Positions 55,301 through 64,000 of a stretch of DNA of 64,000 nucleotides are shown here, in pieces. The notes under the pieces are model-generated. The model made no database searches, had not been told where the DNA came from, and saw only the letters and a list, made by a program, of their open reading frames with translations. The translations under genes and the position numbers were made by a program. This DNA is from an uncultured Candidatus Saccharibacteria bacterium (GTDB lineage: Bacteria > Patescibacteriota > Minisyncoccia > Phycocordibacterales > Zambryskibacteraceae), in the NCBI GenBank assembly GCA_964582295.1, contig CAZOQP010000001.1, positions 84,754-148,753 on the forward strand, read 5' to 3'. Within the stretch, counting starts at the first letter, position 1. Each line of letters opens with the position of its first letter.

Positions 55301-55555
55301 ATGGAACCTATTTCAAAATTCCTAGAACGTTTCAAGAAAGTCCTTGTAACAGCACAGGGTACAGAAGATTCATTTAGGCAGGCAGCCGAGCTTGTGATAG
55401 GGGTTGATATCGGTTTTTTCTCTCTTACCCAAAAAGGTAATATTTTGATGATACGCGCCACTCCGGCCGCTAAAAACGCCATCCTTATGAAGCAAGACAA
55501 GATCCTTGAAGAGTTCAAGGTACGCTCCGGGCTTTCTTTTTCAGAAATAAAATAG
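55301..55555 (+). CDS. small DUF721-like (possible DciA-like) protein downstream of dnaN
   Basis: 84 aa. GNILMIRATPAAKNAILMKQDKILEEF resembles DUF721, and the position after dnaN fits. Confidence 0.35.
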   Translation: MEPISKFLERFKKVLVTAQGTEDSFRQAAELVIGVDIGFFSLTQKGNILMIRATPAAKNAILMKQDKILEEFKVRSGLSFSEIK

Positions 55556-55564
55556 GAAGAAGAT

Positions 55565-57733
55565 CTAGATACCGAATCCGTTCTGAATTGCCCACAGTCT
55601 TACACCGTATTCCCATAATCTGAACTGAGGGTCGCCTTGAGGATTTAGTGGGTATGGCCCCCGTGGGTTGTCTTTGTCCACCCAGTAAAGAATTGAATGC
55701 ACTCCACCCGAAAGACTTTCGTTAGGTGAGATTGAAATGTTGGTTCCTGGTATGAACACGGGAGCTGTTGATGTGAAAGATGCAATACCTCCCTGCCATT
55801 GTCCGCGAAGGACGGGCTTTAAGCTTGATGGGTCGTCGCGCACTATTGCCGGGAAAGATTCGTTCGGAAGACGAGAGAGAATGAAATCCATATATGCCCG
55901 CCACATCGGAGCTACAATGAAGCCCGCCACTTTTTTCTCCATTGGAGTGTTGTCGTTGTTGCCGGCCCAGGCGCCCAAAACTACGGACGGAGTGTATCCG
56001 ATTATCCAGGCATCCCTGTAATCGTTGGTAGTTCCTGTTTTCACAGCCACATCCCTGTCCGAAAAATGAAGCGCTGAAGTTTCTCCGAACGCAGGTGCTC
56101 GTGCCACGTTGTCTGAAAGAATGTCTGATATCAAAGATGCAACCTCTTGCGGTATCACCCGGCGGGTTTTTTCTTCATATTTTTCAAGAACGCTTCCGCG
56201 ACCATCCCGCACTTCAATTATGGGAGTCGGATTATTGCGCACACCGCCTGATGCGAACACTCCGTAAGCACCCGTCATTTCAAGAGGAGAAACTTCGCCG
56301 CCTCCAAGTACCAGAGTGAGACCGTATTGTGACGCATCTCCCAAACTTGAAACTCCCATATTGCGTGCAAGGGTCAGAGAGTCTTCAAGCCCTGCAAGAT
56401 ATAAAGTTTTGACGGATGTAATGTTTATTGATTGAGCTAGCGATTCCCGCATGGAGACAGGTCCGCGGAATTTGCCGTCGTAATCAACGGGAGAGTAGCA
56501 GCCGTTCTCGCTTGTGTAATTGTCAGGAGCGCAGGCCGAGGCGAACTGTGTGCGCACGTCAAAAAGCATTGTTTCGGGGGTGTAGCCCTTTATAAAGGCC
56601 TCTGCGTACACGAATGGCTTGAAGGTTGAGCCCGGCTGGCGTTTGGAGGTTGCTACATTGAAATTACCCTGTATGCGGTTGTCAAAATAATCCCGCGAAC
56701 CGATCATGGCGAGTATCTGGCCGCTTCTAGGGTCTATAACCACGAAGGCAGCATTTTCTGCGTTGAAGGTCTTTTCATTTTCCAAAGCGTAATCCCTGGC
56801 TATTTCCTCGCCTCTTTCCTGTATCTCCGCATCAAGTGTCGTAACCACTCTCAATCCCCCTGATTCAAGCACGTCCTCCCCGTATTTTCTTTGAAGATAA
56901 TCAGTTACATAAAAAACAAAGTGGGGTGCACGGATACCAGCTGTTTGTTTTGTTTGGAACTTAACGTCTTCACTCAATGCTTTCTGGTACTCCTCCTCAA
57001 TGATGAAACCGGACTCTTTCATTTCCGCAAGCACCAGATTTTTTCTATCATCAAGTTTGTCGCGGTTTTCTCCGTGCGGCGAATAATAAGTGGGAGCTTG
57101 GGGGATAGCTGAAATATATGCCGCTTCGGCTAGCGTTACATCGGAAGCGTTCTTACCGAAAAAAGATTGTGCGGCTTCTTCCACTCCGTAAATGCTTCCT
57201 CCGTATGGTATTTCATTGAAATAAAGTGTGAGTATCTCGTCCTTTGAGATGGCGCGCTCGAGCTTGAGCGACAAAACTATCTCTTTAAGTTTACGGGTGA
57301 TAGTTTTGTCGCTTGAAAGAAGAACGTTCTTTACCACCTGCTGGGTGATGGTTGAGCCGCCTTGGCTAAATCCGAAAGAAGTGAGGTTCGCAATGACCGC
57401 TCTCATGAAAGAAGAAATGCGTATACCTTTGTGAGTGTAGAAGGCCTTGTCTTCTATTGCTATCGTGCCTCTTTGGATGTAGGGAGATATCTCGGATAGA
57501 GCGACACTGGTACGACGGCTGTTCTTTGAAACGTCATAAAGCAAAACTTCACCGGTGCGGTCGTATATCTTGGTGGACTGCTCTATGCGGCGCGAGACCA
57601 CCCCTTGAAGTGTTGGAAGGGAAAGATTTGAAAGCCAGAAAAGGGAAAGTCCTAGGAAAACGAGGGCCACACTTGCGATCGCGAGGGTGCGCGTCTTTAG
57701 CCGTTTTTTTCTCATATAAGCCAATAATACCAT
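55565..57733 (-). CDS. mrcA: class A penicillin-binding protein (transglycosylase/transpeptidase, PBP1A)
   Basis: N-terminal TM, GT51 motifs (EDKAFYTHKGI; GGSTITQQ), and a transpeptidase domain. Confidence 0.85.
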   Translation of the reverse strand: MVLLAYMRKKRLKTRTLAIASVALVFLGLSLFWLSNLSLPTLQGVVSRRIEQSTKIYDRTGEVLLYDVSKNSRRTSVALSEISPYIQRGTIAIEDKAFYTHKGIRISSFMRAVIANLTSFGFSQGGSTITQQVVKNVLLSSDKTITRKLKEIVLSLKLERAISKDEILTLYFNEIPYGGSIYGVEEAAQSFFGKNASDVTLAEAAYISAIPQAPTYYSPHGENRDKLDDRKNLVLAEMKESGFIIEEEYQKALSEDVKFQTKQTAGIRAPHFVFYVTDYLQRKYGEDVLESGGLRVVTTLDAEIQERGEEIARDYALENEKTFNAENAAFVVIDPRSGQILAMIGSRDYFDNRIQGNFNVATSKRQPGSTFKPFVYAEAFIKGYTPETMLFDVRTQFASACAPDNYTSENGCYSPVDYDGKFRGPVSMRESLAQSINITSVKTLYLAGLEDSLTLARNMGVSSLGDASQYGLTLVLGGGEVSPLEMTGAYGVFASGGVRNNPTPIIEVRDGRGSVLEKYEEKTRRVIPQEVASLISDILSDNVARAPAFGETSALHFSDRDVAVKTGTTNDYRDAWIIGYTPSVVLGAWAGNNDNTPMEKKVAGFIVAPMWRAYMDFILSRLPNESFPAIVRDDPSSLKPVLRGQWQGGIASFTSTAPVFIPGTNISISPNESLSGGVHSILYWVDKDNPRGPYPLNPQGDPQFRLWEYGVRLWAIQNGFGI

Positions 57734-57762
57734 TCTGCCGCCGCCATATCCTTTGTGTTAGG

Positions 57763-59175
57763 ATGGAAAGAATGCTGTTAAAAAAGAAAGACGCCGTAGT
57801 GGAGGATCTCCTTTCACGCGGAGTGGAGACTTTTGTTGATCCGGAAGGACTTTTTGAGAAAAAGCTTCTGGAAAACCCCTCGGAACTCGTGATAAAGCTC
57901 GGGGCCGATCCGACAAGGCCGGACCTTCACCTTGGCCACGCAGTCGTCCTACGGAAGCTCCGCCAGCTTCAAGACAGGGGCGCCAGAGTAATATTTGTTC
58001 TCGGCGATTTCACTGCCCGCATAGGCGACCCAACAGGCAAAGATAAAACCAGGCCTGAGCTTACCCATGAACTTATAGAAAAAAATTCGGAAACCTATCG
58101 CAAGCAGGTGGGGAAGATACTTCGTACAGACCCGGAAGTTTTCACTATTATAAAAAACTCGGACTGGTATACCAATATTACAGATATGTCCGCTCCTCCC
58201 GGCACAGCTGTTAAGGTTTCCGTGTCCGGTCCGTCGGGCCAGACGGAAATCCCTTTTGATGCCAACTCTTTTATAGGCAAGGCCATTCTTTATGAAGAAT
58301 CGCGCATGCAGGTGAAGGATCTTAAGATGAAGCAAGGCATCGCCGTCGTAACTCTGCGAACACTTTTTGAAACGCTTCGCCGTATTACTCATGCCCGCCT
58401 TATTGAACGCGATATGTTCGCGGAGCGTCTGGCAAAAGGCGGCGAGCTTTATCTTCATGAAATGCTTTACCCTGTGATGCAGGCCATTGACTCGGCTGTT
58501 ATCCATATGATATTCGGCTCGTGTGATATGGAAATAGGCGGCACCGACCAGACTTTCAACATGCTTCTCGGGCGTGATGTAATGCGTTCAAACGATCAGC
58601 CACCGCAGGCCGTGATGTCCATGCGCATTCTCACAGGATTAGACGGCAAAGAGAAAATGTCTAAAAGCTTGGAAAATTATATTTCGGTTACGGATGAGCC
58701 CAATGATATGTACGGCAAGGTGATGTCAATTCCGGATGCTTTGATGCCCGAATATTTTGAACTGGCCACCTATGCTCCGCGCGCCGTTTTTGAGAAAACT
58801 TTGAACGATCTTTCTTCAGGAAAGCTTCATCCTAAAAAAGCTAAGATGCGCCTCGCACACGAAATCACTTCCATTTATCACGGCGAAGCAGCGGCGGAAA
58901 AAGCCGGAAAATCTTTTTCCGAAACTTTCTCCGAAAAGAAAACCCCTTCGGACATGCCTTCTGTAAAGGCGTCCAAGGGGGCTCTCTTGGGAGAAGTTCT
59001 AAAAAACAACTCTCTCGTGCCGTCGCTCTCCCAGTTCAGGCGGCTTATTTCGCAAGGAGCGGTAGAAGATGTAGAAAAAGGAGAAAAGATATCCGATGCG
59101 GATTACGTTCTCACTCATTCCATAAAACTTCGTATAGGTAAAAAGACTTTCGTATCAGTCGTTGTTGAGGAATAG
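57763..59175 (+). CDS. tyrS: tyrosine--tRNA ligase
   Basis: ORF 57457..59175. Likely start MERMLLKK at 57763. HLGH and KMSKS motifs; C-terminal S4-like domain. Confidence 0.85.
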   Translation: MERMLLKKKDAVVEDLLSRGVETFVDPEGLFEKKLLENPSELVIKLGADPTRPDLHLGHAVVLRKLRQLQDRGARVIFVLGDFTARIGDPTGKDKTRPELTHELIEKNSETYRKQVGKILRTDPEVFTIIKNSDWYTNITDMSAPPGTAVKVSVSGPSGQTEIPFDANSFIGKAILYEESRMQVKDLKMKQGIAVVTLRTLFETLRRITHARLIERDMFAERLAKGGELYLHEMLYPVMQAIDSAVIHMIFGSCDMEIGGTDQTFNMLLGRDVMRSNDQPPQAVMSMRILTGLDGKEKMSKSLENYISVTDEPNDMYGKVMSIPDALMPEYFELATYAPRAVFEKTLNDLSSGKLHPKKAKMRLAHEITSIYHGEAAAEKAGKSFSETFSEKKTPSDMPSVKASKGALLGEVLKNNSLVPSLSQFRRLISQGAVEDVEKGEKISDADYVLTHSIKLRIGKKTFVSVVVEE

Positions 59176-59179
59176 CTTC

Positions 59180-59416
59180 CTATACCTCGTCTTCGTCCTT
59201 GCCGAAGCCGTGGCCGAACTGGTCTTTCTCATCATCGTCATCCTCTTCATCAAGCTCTTTCGCGATGACTTCGTCTATATCAACAATCTCCGGGTCATCA
59301 AGGTCGCCCGGTAGGACCTCATCGGCTTCTTCCTCTTCCTCCTCTTCTTCTGCCTGAAATTCTGGTATATCGTTGTCGCTCATATTTTTATTTTTAAGGG
59401 TTTCCCCGTACGCCAT
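59180..59416 (-). CDS. small highly acidic hypothetical protein
   Basis: ORF 59180..59503; the upstream part overlaps repeat B2, so the start is probably MAYGE (59416). Poly-Glu/Asp stretch EEEEEEEEADE...DEEDDDDEKD. Confidence 0.35.
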   Translation of the reverse strand: MAYGETLKNKNMSDNDIPEFQAEEEEEEEEADEVLPGDLDDPEIVDIDEVIAKELDEEDDDDEKDQFGHGFGKDEDEV

Positions 59417-59468
59417 TTGTATCAAACGAGTACCATTTTGCAATAGAGATAAAGAGGGGGTGTGGATT

Positions 59469-59576
59469 ACGTCGCTCGGAGTGATGACGAAAAGAGTACG
59501 CATAAAAATCTGCTGATTTTTTGCTCACCCTCGCGCCGTCGCGCTGCACAGCCTCTTTTCGTCATCGCCCCTCGCT
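59469..59576. repeat. repeat element B, copy 2 (inner palindrome only)
   Basis: 106/108 identical to 34493..34601. Confidence 0.7.
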
Positions 59577-59624
59577 CCTTGAGAATTTTAAAGCGAAGCC
59601 AACAACATCTTTCATACTAGAGCT

Positions 59625-59742
59625 ATTTAGAGTGAGAGAGTCCCACTAAAAGAGACTAAGACCCGGGGCACGCCCCGGAGTGGTCTCTTTTAGTGGGACT
59701 CCCGAACGACTGCTGTTTGAAAGATACTGTTGGCTGAGCGAC
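59625..59742. repeat. structured intergenic repeat element A, copy 2 (17-bp stem GTCCCACTAAAAGAGAC/GTCTCTTTTAGTGGGAC)
   Basis: Matches 1343..1458 with compensatory stem changes. Ends at the ruvC stop codon. Confidence 0.7.
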
Positions 59743-60228
59743 TTACCTAGCACACGCACTGTGGGTCAAGGCAACTGCAATAGCATCGTATTCATCATCA
59801 AGGCGTTTCTTTTTGGTGTCTGGCATTTTTATCATGCGCGGAATGAGAGCCATCATCTGGTGCTTGTCCGCTTTGCCGTAGCCTGTGAGACCTATTTTTA
59901 CTTCCTGCGGAGAATATTCAAATACCGGAAGTCCTGCTTCTGCTGCAGCTGCGATGATGACCCCTCTTGCTTCAGCCACTTTCAAAGCGCTGGTGGTGCT
60001 TTGATTGAAAAACATCTTTTCTATACATAGCACCTTCGGCTCAAATTCTTTAATCGTTTTTTTTATTTCGCGCGCTATCTGCCCCAAGCGCTCCGCGTGC
60101 GTATCTTTTCTGTTCGTCACGATGCAGAATGAATGAAGGAGTGTTTCCTTGCTTCGTGCGCCTTCTATTATGGCAACACCTACTCGATCAAAACCCGGAT
60201 CTATTCCGATAATTCTATTCTCCCGCAT
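59743..60228 (-). CDS. ruvC: crossover junction endodeoxyribonuclease RuvC
   Basis: IIGIDPGFDRVGVAIIE...CIEKMFF RuvC catalytic core. ORF 59743..60291; the start probably lies near 60228, overlapping the yebC end. Confidence 0.8.
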   Translation of the reverse strand: MRENRIIGIDPGFDRVGVAIIEGARSKETLLHSFCIVTNRKDTHAERLGQIAREIKKTIKEFEPKVLCIEKMFFNQSTTSALKVAEARGVIIAAAAEAGLPVFEYSPQEVKIGLTGYGKADKHQMMALIPRMIKMPDTKKKRLDDEYDAIAVALTHSACAR

Positions 60229-60748
60229 TGGTGTAAACATCCTGAACGTCATCAAGTTCATCCAAATCCCCGATAAGAGTTTCAAGTACACTTTTATCCG
60301 TATCAGATAAAGGCACTGTCATAGTGGGGGAATATCCGTCTTCTCCTTTTGAAAATGCCCAGGCCGCAGAGCCCGGTGCCGCTAATTCAAAACCATTTTT
60401 TGAAAGGGCATGTTTCACTTCCTGCGCCGCGCGATTGCGATTATCTGTAAGTGCCTCTATTAAAATTGCGCATCCTCCTGGGCCATACGCCTCGTACACC
60501 ACTCCTTCCAGATTGTCGCTTTCGCCTCCAGCGCCTTTCTTCACCGCGCGGTCAATATTATCATTCGGCATGTTCTCGGCCTTTGCGCGCTCAATGACTG
60601 CTTTAAGAGACGGAGAATTCACATTGCCAACCACCTTTTTGGACTCCAGTGCGATAAGTCGCGCGTATTTCCCGAAAATCTTGGATTTCTGCCCATCCGT
60701 GACGGCTTTCCTATTCTTTATTTTTGACCACTTATTATGTCCGGACAT
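60215..60748 (-). CDS. yebC: YebC/PmpR-family transcriptional regulator (short form)
   Basis: MSGHNKWSKIKNRKA ... YEAYGPGGCAILIEALTDNRNRAAQEV is the typical YebC sequence. Confidence 0.8.
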   Translation of the reverse strand: MSGHNKWSKIKNRKAVTDGQKSKIFGKYARLIALESKKVVGNVNSPSLKAVIERAKAENMPNDNIDRAVKKGAGGESDNLEGVVYEAYGPGGCAILIEALTDNRNRAAQEVKHALSKNGFELAAPGSAAWAFSKGEDGYSPTMTVPLSDTDKSVLETLIGDLDELDDVQDVYTNAGE

Positions 60749-60752
60749 ATTT

Positions 60753-61793
60753 TTATAAAAGTTTTCCAGGCCTAGTTTTAACTCCGTGTTTTTTCATATG
60801 CTCTTCGGCGGCAGATGTGGCCGCCCGGCCGCGCGGCGTGCGTTCAATGAATCCTATTTGCAGAAGATATGGCTCATTGAATTCTTCAATAGCATCTTCA
60901 TCTTCAGAAAGTGCGGCTGCGATGGTGCCAAGTCCCACAGGCCCGCCCGAGAATTTTTCTATGATCGCTGAAAGCAATTGGCGGTCGGAAGGAAAAAGCC
61001 CTCTGTCGTCAACACCAAGCATTAAAAGGGCGCCGTGAACAGTTTCTTCAGAAACCGGCATTTCTTTAACCTGTGCAAAATCGCGCACTCTTTTCAAAAG
61101 ATAATTCGCCGTTCTTGGAGTGAAGCGGCTTCTGCCCGCCACTATTTGCGCCGCTTTTTCAGGAATGGTGAGCCCGAGAATTTTTGCCGAACGCGAAACG
61201 ATGCGCGCTATCTCTTCTTCGGTATAAAAATCCAGACGGAAAACTCCTCCTGAAAAACGACTGCGAAGGGGAGAGGAAACCATGGCGATACGCGTGGTGG
61301 CGCCGATAAGAGTGAAAGGGGGCAGTGGAAGCTCTATCGTGCGTGCTGAAGGGCCTTTGCCTATCACGATATCAAGAGAGCCAGATTCCATTGCCGGATA
61401 AAGAACTTCCTCAATGGTTTTATTGAGGCGGTGTATCTCATCTATGAAAAGTATTTCTCCAGGCGTGAGATTGGTAAGGATAGAAGCGAGGTCGGCTACG
61501 CGCTCAATTGCGGGGCCAGAGGTAGCGCGCATGGAAGCGCCAGTCTCCTTTGCCACTAGATGGGCAAGGGTGGTTTTTCCGAGGCCGGGGGGGCCATAAA
61601 AAAGCAGGTGTTCCGGCGGGTGGTTTCGCTGTTTTGCGGCTGTCAGGAGAACGGAGAGGTTTTCCTTGAGATTTTCCTGGCCTACGTAGTCTGCAAAGGT
61701 GTCGGGGCGTAGTTCCGCATCAATACGCTGGATATCCTCCGGGGAAACATCCGGAATAGGCGTAAAAGGGGTCTTTGATTTGGCACTTGACAT
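60753..61793 (-). CDS. ruvB: Holliday junction branch migration ATPase RuvB
   Basis: AAA+ Walker A GPPGLGKTTLA and the RuvB winged-helix C-terminus. Confidence 0.9.
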   Translation of the reverse strand: MSSAKSKTPFTPIPDVSPEDIQRIDAELRPDTFADYVGQENLKENLSVLLTAAKQRNHPPEHLLFYGPPGLGKTTLAHLVAKETGASMRATSGPAIERVADLASILTNLTPGEILFIDEIHRLNKTIEEVLYPAMESGSLDIVIGKGPSARTIELPLPPFTLIGATTRIAMVSSPLRSRFSGGVFRLDFYTEEEIARIVSRSAKILGLTIPEKAAQIVAGRSRFTPRTANYLLKRVRDFAQVKEMPVSEETVHGALLMLGVDDRGLFPSDRQLLSAIIEKFSGGPVGLGTIAAALSEDEDAIEEFNEPYLLQIGFIERTPRGRAATSAAEEHMKKHGVKTRPGKLL

Positions 61794-62074
61794 ATAAAGG
61801 GCGTTATGATAGTATATAAAAAGCGCAGTATTTGAGCAAGTTCTCTAAAGCCCCGAAAGCCGATCTATGAATCGAGGGCATAAATTTCCCAAGCAACGTC
61901 CCGCTCCGGCGGGGTTAAGAGTCTTGACGAGGATGTTTCTGGTTACCCTTGTGGTCTCTGGTTCTCTCCTTAGTGAAGCTAGTAGCTTTTTGAAGGAATT
62001 TGGAAAGTGCTGCTTGGGAAATTTATACTCTTGATCTATCTCTCATTATTCATGCCCCGTTTACTCGTGCAATA

Positions 62075-62118
62075 GTTTTTCTGAAGAAAACACACATTTG
62101 GCTTCACTGCCAAATGTG
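62075..62118. terminator. strong hairpin terminator downstream of the second pilB-like gene
   Basis: GAAAACACACATTTGGC-TTCACT-GCCAAATGTGTGTTTTC followed by TTTTACT on the plus strand. Confidence 0.5.
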
Positions 62119-62127
62119 TGTTTTCTT

Positions 62128-63855
62128 TTACTCAATCGCGAATTTACTGAGGTCCACTACGCGCTCAAGCTCGGAGAGGGAAGTGCGGCCCTGAAGGACT
62201 TTCAAAATACCGTCTTCAGGAAGAGAAAGTATCTTCTGGGGGCGGGCCGCATCGGCTATTTCCCTTTCGCTCGGATTGTCCCTCACCGCTTTTTCTATCG
62301 TTTCATCCATGATGATGCCTTCATATATGCCGATGCGGCCCTTGTAGCCAGTATGATTGCACGCGGCGCACCCTTCTCCCGGCTCAAATGCTTTGTCTGT
62401 CGCAACGCCTTCAAAAAAGCTTTTATCAGGCACTCCCGCAATTACTTTCTCCACCATTTTTTTCTGAACACCTTCCAAAGTCACTTCTTTCCTGCATTCC
62501 GTGCAAAGAGTTCTCACTAATCTCTGAGCGATAGCTATGTTTATTGCAGAAGAAAGAATTTTCGGATTAATACCAAGATCTATAAGGCGCGGGAAAGTGC
62601 CCGCAGCATCATTTGTATGCAAAGTGGAAAAAACGAGGTGACCAGTGAGCGCCGAGTTTATGGCGATCTCCGCGGTTTCTTCATCACGAATTTCTCCGAC
62701 CATTATCACGTCCGGGTCTTGGCGAAGGGCGCTTCTCAAGCCCTCGGCAAAGGTGTATCCGGTGTCTGTATTGGTCTGGGTCTGCACGATGCCAGGCAGG
62801 TGATATTCAATAGGGTTTTCAATGGTTATTATTTTCACGCCGGGCGCATGTATTTTTTTGAGGAATGCATAAAGGGTAGTGGTTTTTCCGGAGCCAGTAG
62901 GGCCTGTTGTGAGTATCATCCCGTTCGGTTTAGCTATCTCTTTCATTAAAATATCCAGGAGATGCGGATGAATGCCGAGATTTTCAAGAGACACCGAGAT
63001 GGAGCGAGGGTTAAGTACGCGAAGAACTATTGATTCAAAATATGCGCCCGGCAAAAGGGAAGTTCGTATCTCTATATCCCCCTCGGGAAGTTTTATGGAA
63101 AAGCGCCCGTCTTGGGATGAACCCACATTAAGTTTCAGATTTGAAATAAGTTTCACCCGTGAGACCAAAAGCTTGTATGTGTCGCGGTCAAAGGTCAGAA
63201 CGTCCTGCAAAACCCCGTCCAGGCGGTAACGCAGGCGCACATAATCTTCCTCGGGCTCCAGGTGAACGTCGGATGCGTTCAAAGCGAGCGCTCCTGCAAT
63301 GATAATCTCCAAAATGCGGGAGATGCGATAGCTTTTTTTTGCGGATAGGACCGTTTGTATGAGCTCTGTAATATCTTTCAGAGTTGAAGTTTTTTTCAGA
63401 AGGTCGGTTATCTCTTCGTTTGAAATATCAAGCGCTCCGGAATGCGTTTCAAAAGAATATGAAAGATCTTTATACCTGTCCCACACTTTGTTCATGCTCT
63501 GATGCGAGACCATAAAAAGGGTAGGGGCGTATCCTTCTTTCTTCAGGTTTTCTATCGCCTCAAGTGTTTTAGGATTATTGGGCGAGATAATGGCGACATC
63601 CAGTTTTTTATCAACTTCGTTGAAAACGGCAATATCCGCTTCCCGTGCCGCATCTTCATGAATGAGGCGGAGCGCGTCTATATTTATTGGCTGAAGTGAA
63701 AGATCTAAATATCCGAGGCCATATTTTTGGGCAAGAACCCGCGCGAGTTCCTCCTCCTCGTGTTTTTTTAGGTCTTCCACGCGGCGAAGCTGTTTTTCCT
63801 CCGGAAATTGAGCGTGGCCGTCGCCAGAATTAGTTGACTGGTCGTTATCTGACAT
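62128..63855 (-). CDS. second PilB/GspE-family secretion ATPase
   Basis: GspII_E_N-like N-domain, Walker A TTGPTGSGKTTT, ITIENPIEY motif, and a C-terminal CxxC...CxxC zinc motif (CTECRKE...CAACNHTGYKGR). Confidence 0.85.
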   Translation of the reverse strand: MSDNDQSTNSGDGHAQFPEEKQLRRVEDLKKHEEEELARVLAQKYGLGYLDLSLQPINIDALRLIHEDAAREADIAVFNEVDKKLDVAIISPNNPKTLEAIENLKKEGYAPTLFMVSHQSMNKVWDRYKDLSYSFETHSGALDISNEEITDLLKKTSTLKDITELIQTVLSAKKSYRISRILEIIIAGALALNASDVHLEPEEDYVRLRYRLDGVLQDVLTFDRDTYKLLVSRVKLISNLKLNVGSSQDGRFSIKLPEGDIEIRTSLLPGAYFESIVLRVLNPRSISVSLENLGIHPHLLDILMKEIAKPNGMILTTGPTGSGKTTTLYAFLKKIHAPGVKIITIENPIEYHLPGIVQTQTNTDTGYTFAEGLRSALRQDPDVIMVGEIRDEETAEIAINSALTGHLVFSTLHTNDAAGTFPRLIDLGINPKILSSAINIAIAQRLVRTLCTECRKEVTLEGVQKKMVEKVIAGVPDKSFFEGVATDKAFEPGEGCAACNHTGYKGRIGIYEGIIMDETIEKAVRDNPSEREIADAARPQKILSLPEDGILKVLQGRTSLSELERVVDLSKFAIE

Positions 63856-63920
63856 ACGGAAATTGTAACATGCAAAAAACGCCCATTTTCAGGGTTATTT
63901 TAGGTATCCGGAGGGTCTAC

Positions 63921-63949
63921 TTGACAAACAGTCTGAATGGGTGTATAAT
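63921..63949 (+). promoter_or_regulatory. consensus sigma70 promoter (TTGACA - 17 nt - TGTATAAT) for a plus-strand gene starting at about 63996
   Basis: Perfect -35 and -10 hexamers. GGAGG Shine-Dalgarno and an ATG at the window end. Confidence 0.55.
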
Positions 63950-64000
63950 GGAAAAAGATACAGGATAAGGTAAACAATCTACCTACGGAGGGCGCCATGC

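Noticed and set aside
1343-59742. Direct repeats A1 and A2 could be att sites bounding a 58-kb integrated element that carries the T4SS-like cluster and the xerC-like recombinase.
   Set aside because: The interval contains the replication origin and many essential single-copy housekeeping genes (dnaA, dnaN, nusA, hisS, tyrS, rnpA, yidC, clpP). The repeats behave like a dispersed structured repeat family rather than island borders.
1-64000. Alternative genetic code (UGA recoding), as seen in some small-genome lineages.
   Set aside because: Conserved genes terminate cleanly at TGA (for example comM at 34456), TAA or TAG with family-typical lengths. No in-frame TGA is needed for any conserved domain.

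Overview
This is a dense, mostly housekeeping segment of a small bacterial chromosome. Translation uses the standard bacterial code; there is no rRNA, no CRISPR array and no recognisable IS or phage. A compact Patescibacteria/CPR-like genome would fit the many small genes, the many secreted proteins, the two PilB paralogs and the minimal secretion apparatus, but that lineage call is only inference. Standard genes found are pgk-tpiA, two PilB/GspE-type ATPases, hisS with a co-transcribed tRNA-His, nusA, tig, clpP, rny, hup, cca, xthA, xerC/D-like, rpsO, comM, uvrD, rsmA, a class A PBP, tyrS and ruvB-yebC-ruvC. The replication origin block rpmH-rnpA-yidC / dnaA-dnaN lies at about 51.3-55.3 kb, with DnaA boxes in the dnaA-dnaN spacer. 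A six-gene tRNA cluster (2 Gly, 3 Pro, 1 Arg) has an RNHCP zinc-ribbon gene embedded in it. The most interesting region is a roughly 12 kb co-directional operon (39.2-51.3 kb) next to the origin. It encodes a minimal Gram-positive-style type IV secretion-like apparatus: a VirB4-family ATPase apparently split over two ORFs, a VirB3-like 2-TM protein, a VirB6/TcpH-like polytopic protein, a VirB2/TrbC-like pilin fused to a Cys-rich C-terminal domain, and several signal-peptide proteins of unknown function. No relaxase or coupling protein is present. Two other observations stand out. First, four parS sites (TGTTTCACGTGAAACA and near variants) cluster within 1.5 kb in and around cca. Second, there are two related families of structured intergenic repeats (element A, two copies with compensatory stem changes; element B, two 98%-identical copies), both sharing an ACAGCAGTCGCTCGGG module followed by an AAAAGAG...CTCTTTT hairpin. 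Coordinates for non-CDS features were placed by hand and may be off by 1-2 nt.
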